Of a DNA stretch of 64,000 nt, positions 1 to 11,164 are shown in pieces. The notes below the pieces were generated by a model that had not been told where the DNA came from, did not search any database, and was given only the letters and a program-made list of their open reading frames with translations. Position 1 is the first letter of the stretch. Every line of letters starts with the position of its first letter. Made by a program: the position numbers and the translations under genes. Source of the DNA: Mobula hypostoma (taxonomy: Eukaryota); the NCBI RefSeq assembly GCF_963921235.1, contig NC_086102.1, positions 34,720,001 through 34,784,000 on the forward strand. The letters are read 5' to 3'.

Positions 1-576
1 TCAGAATGTGATGGTGTTCCAGAGTCTCCATCCAAGATTTGCATGGCTGAGAGTAGTGAAAACTGAGAGGAAGCTGCCGGCACGATGAAGGAAGACCTGA
101 ACACTACCAGAGATGGAGCACCTTGTTACTTGTATCCTCTACAATGAAGTCTTATGCAAGGGACCTGTTTAATTTATCTGCCATTTCCTTGTTTCCCCAT
201 TATTATTTCCCTAGTTTCACTTTCTATAGGACCAATGCTATGTTACCTTTTGAACATACGAGAAATTCTTATTACATTGTATTTCAAGTCTATTCCTCCA
301 AAATTTCCCCTAGTTCTGGATTTGGCCTTGTGTACCTGCATTATTAATTTGATGAGCAAGTGATAATCACTGCACAAGACTCTCATCTTTAAATTGTCCC
401 CAGTAACTATGGTTACAAAGGCAATTGTTATCACTATTATCATTATTATTTTAATTTTTTTCTCAGCTCAACTGGTAAAACTTGAGATGTGGACATAGGC
501 AAGAACACTCATTTCTCAATTGCTAGGATCTTTTGGACTTTCCTAGTGGTGTTTAGTATCATGGCTTTTTGAAGAT

Positions 577-1510
577 TTACACCGAATTTTCTGGAACTCC
601 ACTGGTAACCGGCAGCCAGCCAGAATAGTATCCCTTTATTCCCACTCTCTGTTTTCTGCCGATCAGCCAATGCTCCACCCATACTAGTAACTTACCTATA
701 ACTCCATGGGCTCTTATCTTGCTAAGCAGCCTCATGTGCGGCACCTTGTCAAAGGCCTTCTGAAAATCGAAGTACACCACATCTACTACATCTCCTTCAT
801 CTTTCCTCAAAAAAATGCAGTAGGTTAGTCAGGCAGGATTTTCCTTTCAGGAAACCATGCTGGCTTTGGCCTATCTTGTCATGTGCCTCCAGGTATTTGG
901 TTATCTCATCCCTAACATTCGATTCCAACAACTTTCCAACCACTGATGTCAGGCTAATAGGTCTATAGTTTCCTTTCTGCTGCCTCCCAACTTTCTTAAG
1001 TAGTGGAATAACATTTGCAATTTTCCAGTCACCTGGGACATTGCCAGAATCTATCAATTCTTGAAAGATCATTGTTAATGCCTCCACAATCTCTCCAGCT
1101 ACTTCCTTCAGAACCCAAGGGTGCATTCCATTAGGTCCAGATTTATCCACCCTCAGACCGTTAAGCTTCCCGAGCAACTTCTCAGTCGTAATTTTCACTG
1201 CACATACTTCACTTCCCTGACACTCTTGAATGTCCAGCGTACTGCAGATGTCTTCCACTGTGAAGACTGATGCAAAATATGCATTCAGTTCCTCTGCCAT
1301 CTCTGCGTCTCTCATTACAATATCTCCAACGTTATTTTCTATTGGTCCTATATCTACCCTCAACTCTCTTTTACCCGTTATATACTTAAAAAAGCTTTTA
1401 GTATCTTCTTTGATATTAGACGCCAGCTTCATTTCATAATTCATCTTTTCCTTCCTATTGACCTTCTTAGTTTCCTTCCGCAAGTTTTTAAAAGCTTCCC
1501 AATCCTCTAC
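577..1510 (-). mobile_element. CR1-clade LINE ORF2 (reverse transcriptase) fragment, degenerate
   Basis: ORFs 797-1483 and 577-810 give CR1 motifs NYRPISLTSVVGKLLE, QHGFLKGKSCLTNLL, DFQKAFDKVPH and VTSGVP across a frameshift. Confidence 0.92.
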
Positions 1511-1959
1511 CTTTTATGAGTTTGTATTTTAAGGCAAGATTTTGGTGAATGATGATTGCCAGTTGATTGTCCCTGTGTAAGCAACCAGATTGAGTTAAAC
1601 TGCTGCAGGATCCTGTAATATGTTGGATTGTTTTGGTTTCTCTTGGCATTTTCTGCACGTTCAATGTGCATGCTTGATCCTTATTAGTCCTCCCAAAAAG
1701 CATCAACTTGCAATGAATTCTATTTGCATTTGTTCTATCTATCTTACTACATCATCAATATCATCCTATAGCCTATGACTGGCCTGCTCACTATTAACAA
1801 TGCAATTACCATACAACTTCAAACTTACTAATCTTACTTCCAACATTCATATCCAAAATCTTTAATGTATGTAACAAACAGTAATTACTCCCTGTAGTAC
1901 ACCATTGTTCTCAGGGTTTCAGTAACAAGAGCAACTCTCCACTATCATAAGAATCTTGG

Positions 1960-2420
1960 TGAATTGGTTTATTACTGTTACGTGTACCAAGATACAGAGA
2001 AAAGCTTATCATGCTTACTGTTCACACCGACCATTCCATTACTCAGTGTGTTGAGATACAACAAGGTAAAACAATAACAGAATTCAGAATAATGTGCAAC
2101 AGCTACAGAGAGAGTGTAGTGCAGGTAAACAATAAGGTGAAAAATCATAACAAGGCAGATTTTGAGATCTGGAGTCTATTTTATTGCACTAGGGAACCAT
2201 CAATAATCTTATAACAGCAGGACAGAAACTGTCCTTGAGCCTGGTGGTACATGCTTTCAGGCTTTTGTATGTTCGCTCAATGGCGGAGAGGAGAAAAGAG
2301 CTTGCCCAGGTCAGGAGGGGACAGATTATGCTGGCTGCTTTACAAAGGCAGCAAGAAATGTAGATAAGTGTCCTTGGAAGGAAGATTTCCATGATGTGCT
2401 GAGCTGTGTCTGCAAATCTC
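1960..2420 (-). mobile_element. Rex1/Babar-like LINE 3' end fragment
   Basis: ORF 2189-2392 resembles the Rex1 ORF2 C-terminus (KAASII...YKSLKACTTRLKDSFCPAVIRLL). Similar pieces occur at 59725-59988 and 62536-62784. Boundaries approximate. Confidence 0.7.
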
Positions 2421-3021
2421 CCATGTTTTAAATTATTTTGTTATTTGTAATATGAAATATACAATTACAAGCACTAAGCTGCACATTCCACTTGAAAACA
2501 CACATTTTCGAAGGCAACTGATTTGCAGTAAATAGGAGAGTAATTCTTTGTTGTAAATATGTACAAAATTAATTATTGTTGAGCCTTAAAGACATTAAAT
2601 GGAACTGAATGCATTATTCAAAACAATGACATCATTAAAATAATCAAGTGTCATTATTCTTCTGCAGCAGCAAAAAAAATCAATAGAATCAGAATTTTTC
2701 AATTCATCTGCACCCACATAATTAAATGATTGATATGATGCCAAATTTGGGACTTCTTGTTGCAAAGGAGGACTGAGATAAACTCTGTAATCTATACGTT
2801 CATATATCCAATAAATTAATTGCAGAACTGCCTTTATCGTAATTACAAGCACTCTATTGTTCAATTAAGATTAAATGACATTCGATTGTTTAGACAAATC
2901 AAGCCAGAGATAATAAAGGCTTTTCACCCTCAGTGAAATAGCGTGCCAGAACGGAAAACTGATCACATTTTGATTAAATCTCATGATAGAGTGACTCGAT
3001 GGTCTGGTACTATTTCGGAAA

Positions 3022-4053
3022 ATGGAAGAACGAATTATTCTTACACAAATGGAAAAGGCAAAACGACTTAAGGAATTCAACTATATTTTCAATGAAAAAG
3101 GCCAACTGAGACACATCGAAACGAACCAACCATTTGTTTTCAAGCAGCACAATGCAATGAATTTGGACCATGAGTGGTACACTGCCTTCGGAACCATTTT
3201 AGCCGAGTACATATATGAACTATTAGAGAAGGGATGTGGATTGAAACGACTCTACGTTCCTGAAGATGCCGCAGAGGATGAGCCAAAAAGTTTTTGTTTC
3301 ATGAGCGAAAGTGCTCTAAATGCTCCTTCAAAGTTAATTGTTTTCGTCCAAGATCGCGGGGTTACGCGGGCTGGTGCATGGTCCCAACAATTGATTGTGC
3401 ACGATTGTCTGGACACGGGCACACAAATCCCCTTCATTAAACGAGCTCTAAGCGAGCAATATGAGGTCATGGTATTAAATCCCAATGACAACTTCCTGGC
3501 AATCGAGACGGGCCATTCCGCAGATGCGGAATGTCCTCAAACTGAACACAAGGTTGAAAAGCTAAAAAGGGGGGTTGAAAGTCATGAACAGCATATATTG
3601 TACATTTGGGACCACTTCCTATCCGAATGTGCTCCCATGAGTGTGGCGTTCGTTGTTCACGGCTATGGTGGCTTGGCGTTTGTGAGTCTGTTAACTGAAC
3701 GTTCAGAGGTGATGAACAAAGTATATACCGTGGCGTTCATAAATTCTAATCACGATGTAGATCATCAGGATGTTGGCCCAGCGGAACGGGACTGGATCGC
3801 AAAGAACTGCCGTAAATGGTTACTGAGCAACAAACCTCTGGACAAGCCCGTCAGCTCTATGAGGGCCGACTGTCCACAAGTTTCGGCAGGCACCGAAAAC
3901 CATGATTTGGCGCCTGCATCTTGCTTGCACCCTATTTTCAAGTATTTGAAGAAAGTTTCAAATACACAGAAAACTAACCAATTCACTAGGTCGCCAATTG
4001 TTACAAGACGTTCAAGCAAGGAAAAACCAAGAAGAACATCTGACAGTAATTAG
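3022..4053 (+). CDS. FAM172B: FAM172/ARB2-family protein (Arb2 domain, alpha/beta-hydrolase fold), intronless FAM172B-like paralog, 343 aa
   Basis: The uninterrupted ORF matches FAM172A blocks: FNEKGQLRHI, EPKSFCFMSE, RAGAW, DTGTQIPFIKRA, VLNPNDN, YIWDHF, YGGLAFV, DCPQVSAGTENH. Single-exon structure and position next to TRMT10C fit the locus of human FAM172BP. Family assignment is firm; paralog name is inferred from recalled synteny. Confidence 0.85.
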   Translation: MEERIILTQMEKAKRLKEFNYIFNEKGQLRHIETNQPFVFKQHNAMNLDHEWYTAFGTILAEYIYELLEKGCGLKRLYVPEDAAEDEPKSFCFMSESALNAPSKLIVFVQDRGVTRAGAWSQQLIVHDCLDTGTQIPFIKRALSEQYEVMVLNPNDNFLAIETGHSADAECPQTEHKVEKLKRGVESHEQHILYIWDHFLSECAPMSVAFVVHGYGGLAFVSLLTERSEVMNKVYTVAFINSNHDVDHQDVGPAERDWIAKNCRKWLLSNKPLDKPVSSMRADCPQVSAGTENHDLAPASCLHPIFKYLKKVSNTQKTNQFTRSPIVTRRSSKEKPRRTSDSN

Positions 4054-4427
4054 CAACCAAGAGTAGCTCGTCTAAAATATCGACTTATGTTCTCCACACA
4101 TACACTAACACGTTTTCAGCTGCCGTGTTAACACTTTGCCTTGTAATGACAGGTAGAATTGTTTGGTTATTTAATGAATCATTTTTGGCAATTAACAATG
4201 TTGTGGTGCGTGTGGTCTATTGCTGTGCCTAGCTGGCTGGGTCGTACTAAACTCTGCTTTAACTTTGAAAGAATTTGGTTTTCTGAGGCCATTCGCGACT
4301 ATTCAAGAATGTAAAGCTTCCCAGAAATAACATTGCGTTAGTATTTTTCTCTTAAGGAATTTTGCTTTCGAGCCTGAAAATTTGATATTTCGGGAAACAT
4401 TTCCCGTTCCTTTCTATAATCGCTGGA

Positions 4428-4433
4428 AATAAA
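4428..4433 (+). promoter_or_regulatory. Candidate polyadenylation signal for the FAM172B-like gene
   Basis: AATAAA about 375 nt after the stop codon, followed by GT-rich sequence. Confidence 0.45.
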
Positions 4434-4622
4434 AGGTAAGGTGTTCGTCGAACGAGGAAGTAAAGACTGTACATTTCACCTTTTATTGCCAATAATACCG
4501 CGTAAAGCCCAAACAGCAAGCGACCATCGACACTGGTTGTTTCCGAATATAATTGGCGAACTGCGTTTCAACCTCCTTTTCACGCTTCGAATGGAGACCT
4601 CAACTTTTGGATCTTAAACTTG

Positions 4623-5109
4623 CAGACATCCCACCCTGCAAAAACTCATTTCAGGGAGGTAGCGCCGTCAATTTGCGGGAGACTTCCGGGAGAGGTGGGA
4701 TGTCTGCAATAGAGTAGCTCCTTAGCAGTTGGCCAGCTAGTTTAAATAACGTTAGCTATGCTAACGAACGAATGACACCTGTTAAACTCACCTCAACGTG
4801 TCTTTTACAGTCTTAACCCACCATGGGCAATAGAAAAGCCACTGTTGCAAACAGTGCAGCGAGCAACATTGTCATTATTTTGACCCTATTAGGCAGGGGT
4901 ACACTTTAGGGTAGTCTGGGGTGACGTACGTTTTATATTTTTTGGAACACTCTGTCATGGCGCGCCCTCGCTGGTGCACTCTCGCTTGCTTTCTCTCTCT
5001 CGCTCAAAAAAATTGATTTCCGTGATATTGTATATAATTTGCGGGCATCAGGAAGCCACTATTAGTATGCAGGAGACTCCCGGAAGTTCCGGGAGAGGTG
5101 GGACGTCTG
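4623..5109. mobile_element. Non-autonomous DNA transposon (MITE-like) with terminal inverted repeats
   Basis: Left end CAGACATCCCACC and right end GGTGGGACGTCTG are inverted (one mismatch). The block TTCCGGGAGAGGTGGGA occurs at about 4685 and about 5087. ACTTG is present on both flanks. Confidence 0.7.
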
Positions 5110-5414
5110 TACTTGCCGTGTTTGCAACTGCAATGCAGGGAGATGGATAATAAACCCATTCTTCACAACTTCCTATATTTAACAGTACTTCTGCTCCTGA
5201 CAAATCTACGTTTTATTTCGGACTTGGGCTGAGTTGACTGATACTCAGCCACTGTGCCACACAGCAATTGTTGAGTCAATGTGTGGGCTTTATTGAAGGC
5301 CTGTCGGTGAGGAAAGCGTGCAGCACGAAAGGAAGGTCGCATAAGATTTTTCTACAAGGTTGCCCACCATCTATTAAAGATGCAGTAATGGCGGTTAATG
5401 AAATTGTGAGATAT

Positions 5415-5625
5415 TTAGAGATACAGCACGGTAACAGACCCTTCTGGCCGCACGAACCATCGCCGCTCAATTACACCCATGTAACCAATTTACCAACAAC
5501 ACGTACATCTTTGGAATGTCGGAGGAAACCACGGGGTTACGGAGTAAACGTACAAACTCCTTACAGCCGGCGGTGGAATTGAACCCCGGTCTCTGGCGGT
5601 GTAATAGCGTTATGCTACCGTGTTG
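5415..5625 (-). mobile_element. tRNA-derived SINE (HE1/V-SINE-like)
   Basis: Minus strand reads GGTAGCATAACGCTATTACA...GGGGTTCAATTCC (Pol III B box), then a GGAGTTTGTACG...GGTTTCCTCCG core and a LINE-like tail. A second copy lies at 15906-16112. Confidence 0.75.
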
Positions 5626-5640
5626 TGTTGGGGCTGGGGG

Positions 5641-5772
5641 GGCAGTTGACGTTTCGGGCCAAGACCTTTTATCAGAACGAGTTTATTCCTCCGCATAGAT
5701 GCTGCCTGACTTGCTGAATTTCTCCAACAGTTTGTGTGTTTACTCACGGTTCCCAGCACCTGCAGAATCTTT
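5641..5772. mobile_element. Penelope-like terminal-repeat remnant: inverted degenerate hammerhead segment joined to a forward tail
   Basis: 5643-5678 on the minus strand reads TTCTGATAAAAGGTCTTGGCCCGAAACGTCAACTG. It is followed by the forward GATGCTGCCTGACTTGCTGA...CCAGCACCTGCAGA tail shared with the other copies. Confidence 0.7.
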
Positions 5773-6279
5773 GCGTTTATGGTGGGGTATCCCTGACACC
5801 TGCCTGCAGGAAATGTCTAACAGTAGCTCCTCTCAGACCACGTGATTTTATTGGAGCATACAGAAGGCAGAGAGTGTTATAGGAATTTCAGAGAGGCAGT
5901 TAAACCAAAGGTTCAGCCAGATAAGTGTTTCAATACTGCAGTCCATGGTAGCTGACCCCATCTCAAACAAGTTGGCTGTTTCGGAAACCATTGAGAGCTG
6001 ACTATTCAGAAAATGACAGCAACAACCAGATCAAGGTCAGCATAACAGGCTTGGTTGTGGAGCAGGGTAGGTCAAGGAGCAGGCAAGCAACATTGATGGG
6101 TTAATTGTCTGGTTAGGGGTTTATCTTAAGCCAGGGGTGAGACCCTGAGATGGTGTGCTGTTACCCCTGGTGTCAGGATCAAAAAGGATATCTCAGAAAG
6201 GATATATTCTCCTTGGAGAGTCCAGAGGAGGTTCATGATGATTCCAGAAATGAAGAGGTTAACATATGTGGACTGTTTG

Positions 6280-6706
6280 GCAGCTTTGGACCTGTACTCA
6301 CTGAAATTTGGAAGAATGCGCAGGGATCTCATTGAAATCTACAAAATGCTGAAAGGTCTAAATAGGGTGAATGTGGAGAGGATGTTTCCTATGGTTGGGG
6401 GTATCCAGAACTAGAGGGCACAGCATCAAAATTGAGGGACAACCCTTTACAACAGAGGTAAAAAGCATATTTTTAGCCAGAGAGTAGTAAATCTATGGAA
6501 TGCTCTGCCACAGGCTATGGTAGAGGCCAAGTACATGTGTATATTTAAGGCAGAAGTTGATTGTTTCCTGATCAGTCAGGGCATCAAATGATATGGCAAG
6601 AAGGCAGGTGTAGGGGACTGAGTGGGATCCAGGATCAGCCATGATGGAATGCTGGAGCAGACTCTGAGCCGAATGGCTTAATTCAGCTCCTATGTCTTAT
6701 GGTCTT
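6280..6706 (+). mobile_element. CR1-clade LINE 3' end
   Basis: GLYSLKFGRMR.DLIEIYKMLKGL-type C-terminus and the 3' tail GAATGGCTTAATTCAGCTCCTATGTCTTATGGTCTT. Confidence 0.85.
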
Positions 6707-6708
6707 GT

Positions 6709-7672
6709 GATATACAGGAGGCCACACCGGGAGCACCGGATACAATAAATGACCCCAACAGACTCACAGGTGAAGTGTCACCTTCAAAGAAAGTGAAGCC
6801 CCTTTCTTTGAAAGAAGACATCTCCTTCTTTCTGGAATGAAAAGCCTCATCCTGAGAGCATATGCAATGGAGATGAAGGAATTGAGAGAATGGGATGGCA
6901 TTTTTACTACCATTCAGGGCCCTAATCAGTCCTTCCAGCTAAGTCAACACTTACCTGTATGCCTATTGGGGTCATCTACTGTATCCAGTGCTGCTGGTGT
7001 GGCCTCCTGTATATCGGTATGACCCGACTGAGATTAGGAGACCGCATTGCTGAGCACCTATGCTCTGTCCCCCAGAAAAAGTGGGATCTCCCCGTGCCCA
7101 CCCATTTTAATTCCACTTCCCATTCCCATTCCAACATGTCAGTCCAAGGCCGCCTCTACTGTCATGATGAGGCCAAACTCAGGTTGGAGGAGCAGCACCC
7201 TGTATTTCCTCTGAGTAGCCTCCAACCTGATGGCATAGACAACGAATTCTTTAACTTCCGGTATTGCCCCCCACCTCACCCTTCCCCATTTCCAGTTCCC
7301 CCTGTTACCTTGTCTCCTTACCTCCCCATTGCCTCCCTCTGGTGTTCCTCCACCTTTCTTTCTTCCATTGACTTCCGTCCTCTCTTATCAGAATTCCCTT
7401 TCTCCAGCCCTGTGTCTCTTTCACCGATCAAATCCCCAGCTCTTTACTTCACCCTCCCCTCCTCCCAGTTCCCCTGTCACTTTGTGTTTCTACCTCTGCT
7501 ACCCCCACCTTAAACTCTGACTCCTCATCTTTTTTCTCTGGTCCTGATGAAGGGTCTCGGCCTGAGCTGTTGACTGTACTCTTTTCCATGGATGCTGCCT
7601 GGCCTGCTGAGTTCCTCCAGCATTTTGTTTGTGTTGCTTGGATTTCCAGCATCTGCAGATTTTGTCTTGTTT
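6709..7672 (+). mobile_element. Penelope-like element remnant: GIY-YIG endonuclease, pyrimidine-rich 3' region and terminal repeat, preceded by inverted fragments
   Basis: ORF 6959-7513 has VIYCIQC..CGLLYIGMT.LRLGDRIAEH...HFN...EEQH...LQPDG (GIY-YIG). 6709-6783 on the minus strand gives HFTCESVGVIYCIRCSRCGLLYI. About 6805-6905 on the minus strand gives KNAIPFSQFL...ICSQDEAFHSR (RT C-terminal region). A degenerate hammerhead is at about 7540-7576. Confidence 0.88.
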
Positions 7673-8364
7673 ATGATTGAAACACAAACTGTGTTACTGC
7701 TTTACAGAACATCTGTTCAAATCATCGTGATGACCTGAGCTTTGGTTGCCTGCCATTTAAAATCTGTCCCATTCCCATTCTGATCTGACTTTGGCCTTTT
7801 AAGTTCAAGAAACAAATCTTAGTCATTGCCAATTTTAGGACTTCACATTAAATCACTGATTTTAGACAACCGGCCTTTCCGCCTGATCAGAACTAGCAGT
7901 CAGTCATCCATCTGAAACATTCACTCAGTTTTTCTCTTTCCACAAATACTACTACCTGACAGACTACTTACAGCATTTTCTGTTTTATTTCACATGTTAT
8001 GCCAAAACTATATGTAGTTTTTTTCACTTTTCAAGAATAAGGAAAATACGTTGCTGACAAAAAAATTCAATAACCAGAGTACGTCAATCATTTCTCCAAA
8101 GACCAACTTGTGGCAGCAACTTTTCTAATCAGCAGAGATCTGGAGTTCTGGGATTGTGAAATTCCAAACAATAGTGGAGCAGAAGCTCTGGAAAGTGCTG
8201 TTTGCAGATTTCTTCCAAGAAGTCTTTTGTTGATTAATTGCATGAACTAGATAAGTATTTTTTAAAAATTTCAAAGTCCCTCGTTGTCTGAGGAGTATTT
8301 GATTACAAATGACCAAAGTTGTTTCCATGATACACTTGTGAAGCTCAACAGCCAGCTGGTGCAT

Positions 8365-8530
8365 TCAGATGCCATGATAAAGGAGGTCATACTTTGGGAT
8401 GTTTCTTGGATCAATAGGGCTGTGTACTATTAACTTTCCACGCATTGCTCCACGGAATATTACTTCAATTAAATCTATGAAGTCTTGCTTGGTTTTGAAA
8501 CACCCAACAAACTTTGTATGGTCTGGAGAC
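8365..8530 (-). CDS. TXNL4B: TXNL4B (Dim2) coding exon 3 (last)
   Basis: Acceptor ttttttttaag|G. Encodes [54 protein letters not shown], 166 nt. Confidence 0.96.
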
Positions 8531-9124
8531 CTTAAAAAAAAGAGTAAACACTTGAGTTTGCTTTTGTGTCCACAATTTACAATGATCCAAAGCACTGCAG
8601 CACCCACAAGTAAGCAGATAGTGAAGGAACTCGAGGAGAGAATGAAGCTGAATGCATTAAAGATAGTCAGAGCAATGTAAACTTGTGATTGAAAGTAAAA
8701 ATAGCTGGGGTAGCATAGCCAATCACGATTTTAACAAAAGGACAGGTTTTGGGCTGATAGTGAAAATTTGGAATGGATGAAGTTAATTGAGGCAAGGGAT
8801 AGAGGATGAAAGTCTATTCCACAGAGCTTTACAATAGTTAAGTCTGAACTGGATGAGGATTGAGTAACAGATATATCAATAGAATGGTGGAAGTAGACAT
8901 GTTAAAGGTGGAAATGGATGGGTTTTTGATGGAGCTAACAGAGGGAAGAAAACTATGTTTGGAGTTAATTAGAACATAAAGATAAAAGAGAGAGATGGAA
9001 TGCAATCAATAGCATGGTTATGAAGTTTCTAGTGGAATCCAAAACTAATCTTATCTCTTTGTTTACATGCAATGAAATATTTCATCAAAACCCAGATAAG
9101 GAAACAGTGTCAGAAAGATTTTAG

Positions 9125-9545
9125 AGAAGATGCTTGTATTCCATCTATGTAGTGTCCAACCTGATAGCATGAGTATCGATTTCTCCTTCCGGTTTAAAAA
9201 AAAATTCCCTTCCACTCTTCTATTCCCCACTCTGGCCTTTTACCTCTTCTCTAACTGCTTACACCTCCTCCTAGGTCACCACCTCCTTCCACGGTCCACT
9301 CTCCTCTCCTATCAGAATCCTGCATCTCCAGCCCTTACCTTTCCCACCCATCTGACTTCACCTATCACCTTTTAGTTATCCTTCTTTCCCTCCACCACCT
9401 TTTTATTCTGGCATCTTCCCCCTTTGTTTTCAGCCCTGCAGATGCTGGAATTTGAAACAAAACCAGAAATGCTGGTAGAATTCAGCCAGTTAAGCAACAT
9501 TTGTGGAAAGAGAAACCCACCAATGTTGTGGCGCAGTGATCCTCA
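9125..9545. mobile_element. Penelope-like element 3' remnant (forward) followed by an inverted terminal-repeat fragment
   Basis: LVFHLCSVQPDSMSIDFSFR tail and pyrimidine tract, then inverted CTGCAGATGCTGGAATTTG...AATGCTGG. Confidence 0.7.
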
Positions 9546-10220
9546 GTTTTTGGGTCCATCTGTCACCATTTAGTCTCTGATTTACTTTTGTACCAGTACT
9601 GATGGACCTGTCCCACAACTTCAGTATTGCAAGATGGAGAGAATATAGAGAATATTCAACAGGATGTTGCCAGATTGGAGGACTTTAGCTATGGGGAGAG
9701 AACATATTGAAATGTATATGATTGAGAGCCATAGGTAGGGAAGGTAGACACACTTTTTTCTGTAGTAGGGTTTCATAAGCAAAAGGTCATAGGTTAAAGG
9801 TGAGAGGAATTTTGAAGGTGATTTGAAGATTATTTTTCTTTACAGAGGGTAGTTAATATCTGGAACATTCTGTTGAGGAGGTGGAGTCAGAAAAAATTAC
9901 TAACTTAAGTATTTAGATAGGTACTTCAATAAGTAAGGCTTTGAAGAATAAAACCCTACTGTAGGCAAATGTAAATGTAAGCTTCAGCTACAGCAATGGA
10001 TTTAGGGGTAGCTGGTTACTGAAAAATAAAGATTTTAAGTGACTGTTTATTATTACAAAAACTACAGTGTAATTGACAAGATTGTTAATTTAAAAAGAAA
10101 ATGAAAATCAGATATCTTTACGTAAACCGTTTCTCCCATTCAGTAATGCAACTTGGAATAATGAAGCCTCAATTATTATTCCTGCACCTCCATATTTTAA
10201 TTGTAGAAACAATATCTTAC

Positions 10221-10372
10221 CCATAATCCACTTTCATATGTTGGCCATTAAAGAAGAACACTGTAGAAGGAATATAGCTGATATCAAAGTAGCGGGTATA
10301 TATTGGCACACTGTCAACATCCACCAGGTAAATGGCTGCCATTTTACTCAGATCATGAGCAGTCTTTGAAAG
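10221..10372 (-). CDS. TXNL4B: TXNL4B (Dim2) coding exon 2
   Basis: Boundaries ttctaccag|CTT and TATGG|gtaag. Encodes LSKTAHDLSKMAAIYLVDVDSVPIYTRYFDISYIPSTVFFFNGQHMKVDYG, 152 nt. Not present in the ORF track. Confidence 0.96.
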
Positions 10373-11164
10373 CTGGTAGAACAATGAAAAAAAATGTTAT
10401 ATTAAGAAAATATTGGAAGTGACACATCTACCTTAGAAAGCATTTTAGAAGAACAAGTTTCTCAACTATTGATCATTTTGGTTTCATTTGGAGATACGCT
10501 TACTAGTTTGTAAATTAAAATAAATGTGGATTGATATCCTAATTTCAGATAACTCCTACAATTTTGTTCTTTCCAGTTTATATTTAATAAGCTCGGCCTA
10601 CTCCTGCCAATGATTTCTGGCTTTCACGAGTGAGAAAATTTCATCTTGAGTTGTACTTGAATAATACAAAATAAGATAATATCCAGAGTTGGGGGTACAA
10701 GGTATCATAGAAAGGGGATCTTTAACACAAAGCAGCTTCAGATATTGTGAAAACTTTCTGGAAGTTTGCTTCATACAGTATTAAAAGGAACTGCCTTTAG
10801 AACAGAAAATGCTCTTTTAGAGAACAGGGGTATCAAAAACATCTTCCCTCACCCTGAAGAAGTTAGCAATGTGTTGATATATGACAGTTACTGTAGGTTA
10901 ACAATGATATGCTAATAGAATGCAAAAACATTTTAACCATCATTTTCCTTTCACAAAGCATGTTACTGATGGCCTGCTGAGGTAAAATTTCATCAATATC
11001 CTTGCCCCAAGCAACTTTTATGTAACCCTAAATCTATAAGGTCAAGTCCAACTGATGGCAGATTCTCTCATAAATTATGCCCCAAATTTTGTATCAATAA
11101 CAATTCCTTCCTATTGTATTAATTAGTAAAATATTTCAGCAGCTTCCCAAGTGGGATGCCAGGA

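Noticed and set aside
2595-2864. 89-aa minus-strand ORF upstream of the FAM172B-like gene as a possible SENP7 exon
   Set aside because: No recognisable similarity, non-ATG start and no convincing splice boundaries.
5540-5625. tRNA-like A/B box sequence as a tRNA gene
   Set aside because: No full cloverleaf. It is the head of a SINE that recurs at 15906-16112.
8125-8364. 79-aa ORF starting immediately after, and in frame with, the TXNL4B TGA stop (possible readthrough or selenocysteine extension)
   Set aside because: TXNL4B already ends at its expected 149-aa C-terminus. The context TGA-ATG is not the TGA-CTAG readthrough motif, no SECIS was recognised, and the peptide resembles nothing known to me.
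8531-8607. N-terminal part of ORF 8365-8607 ([12 protein letters not shown]...)
   Set aside because: Intron sequence read through the splice acceptor. The real exon starts at 8530.
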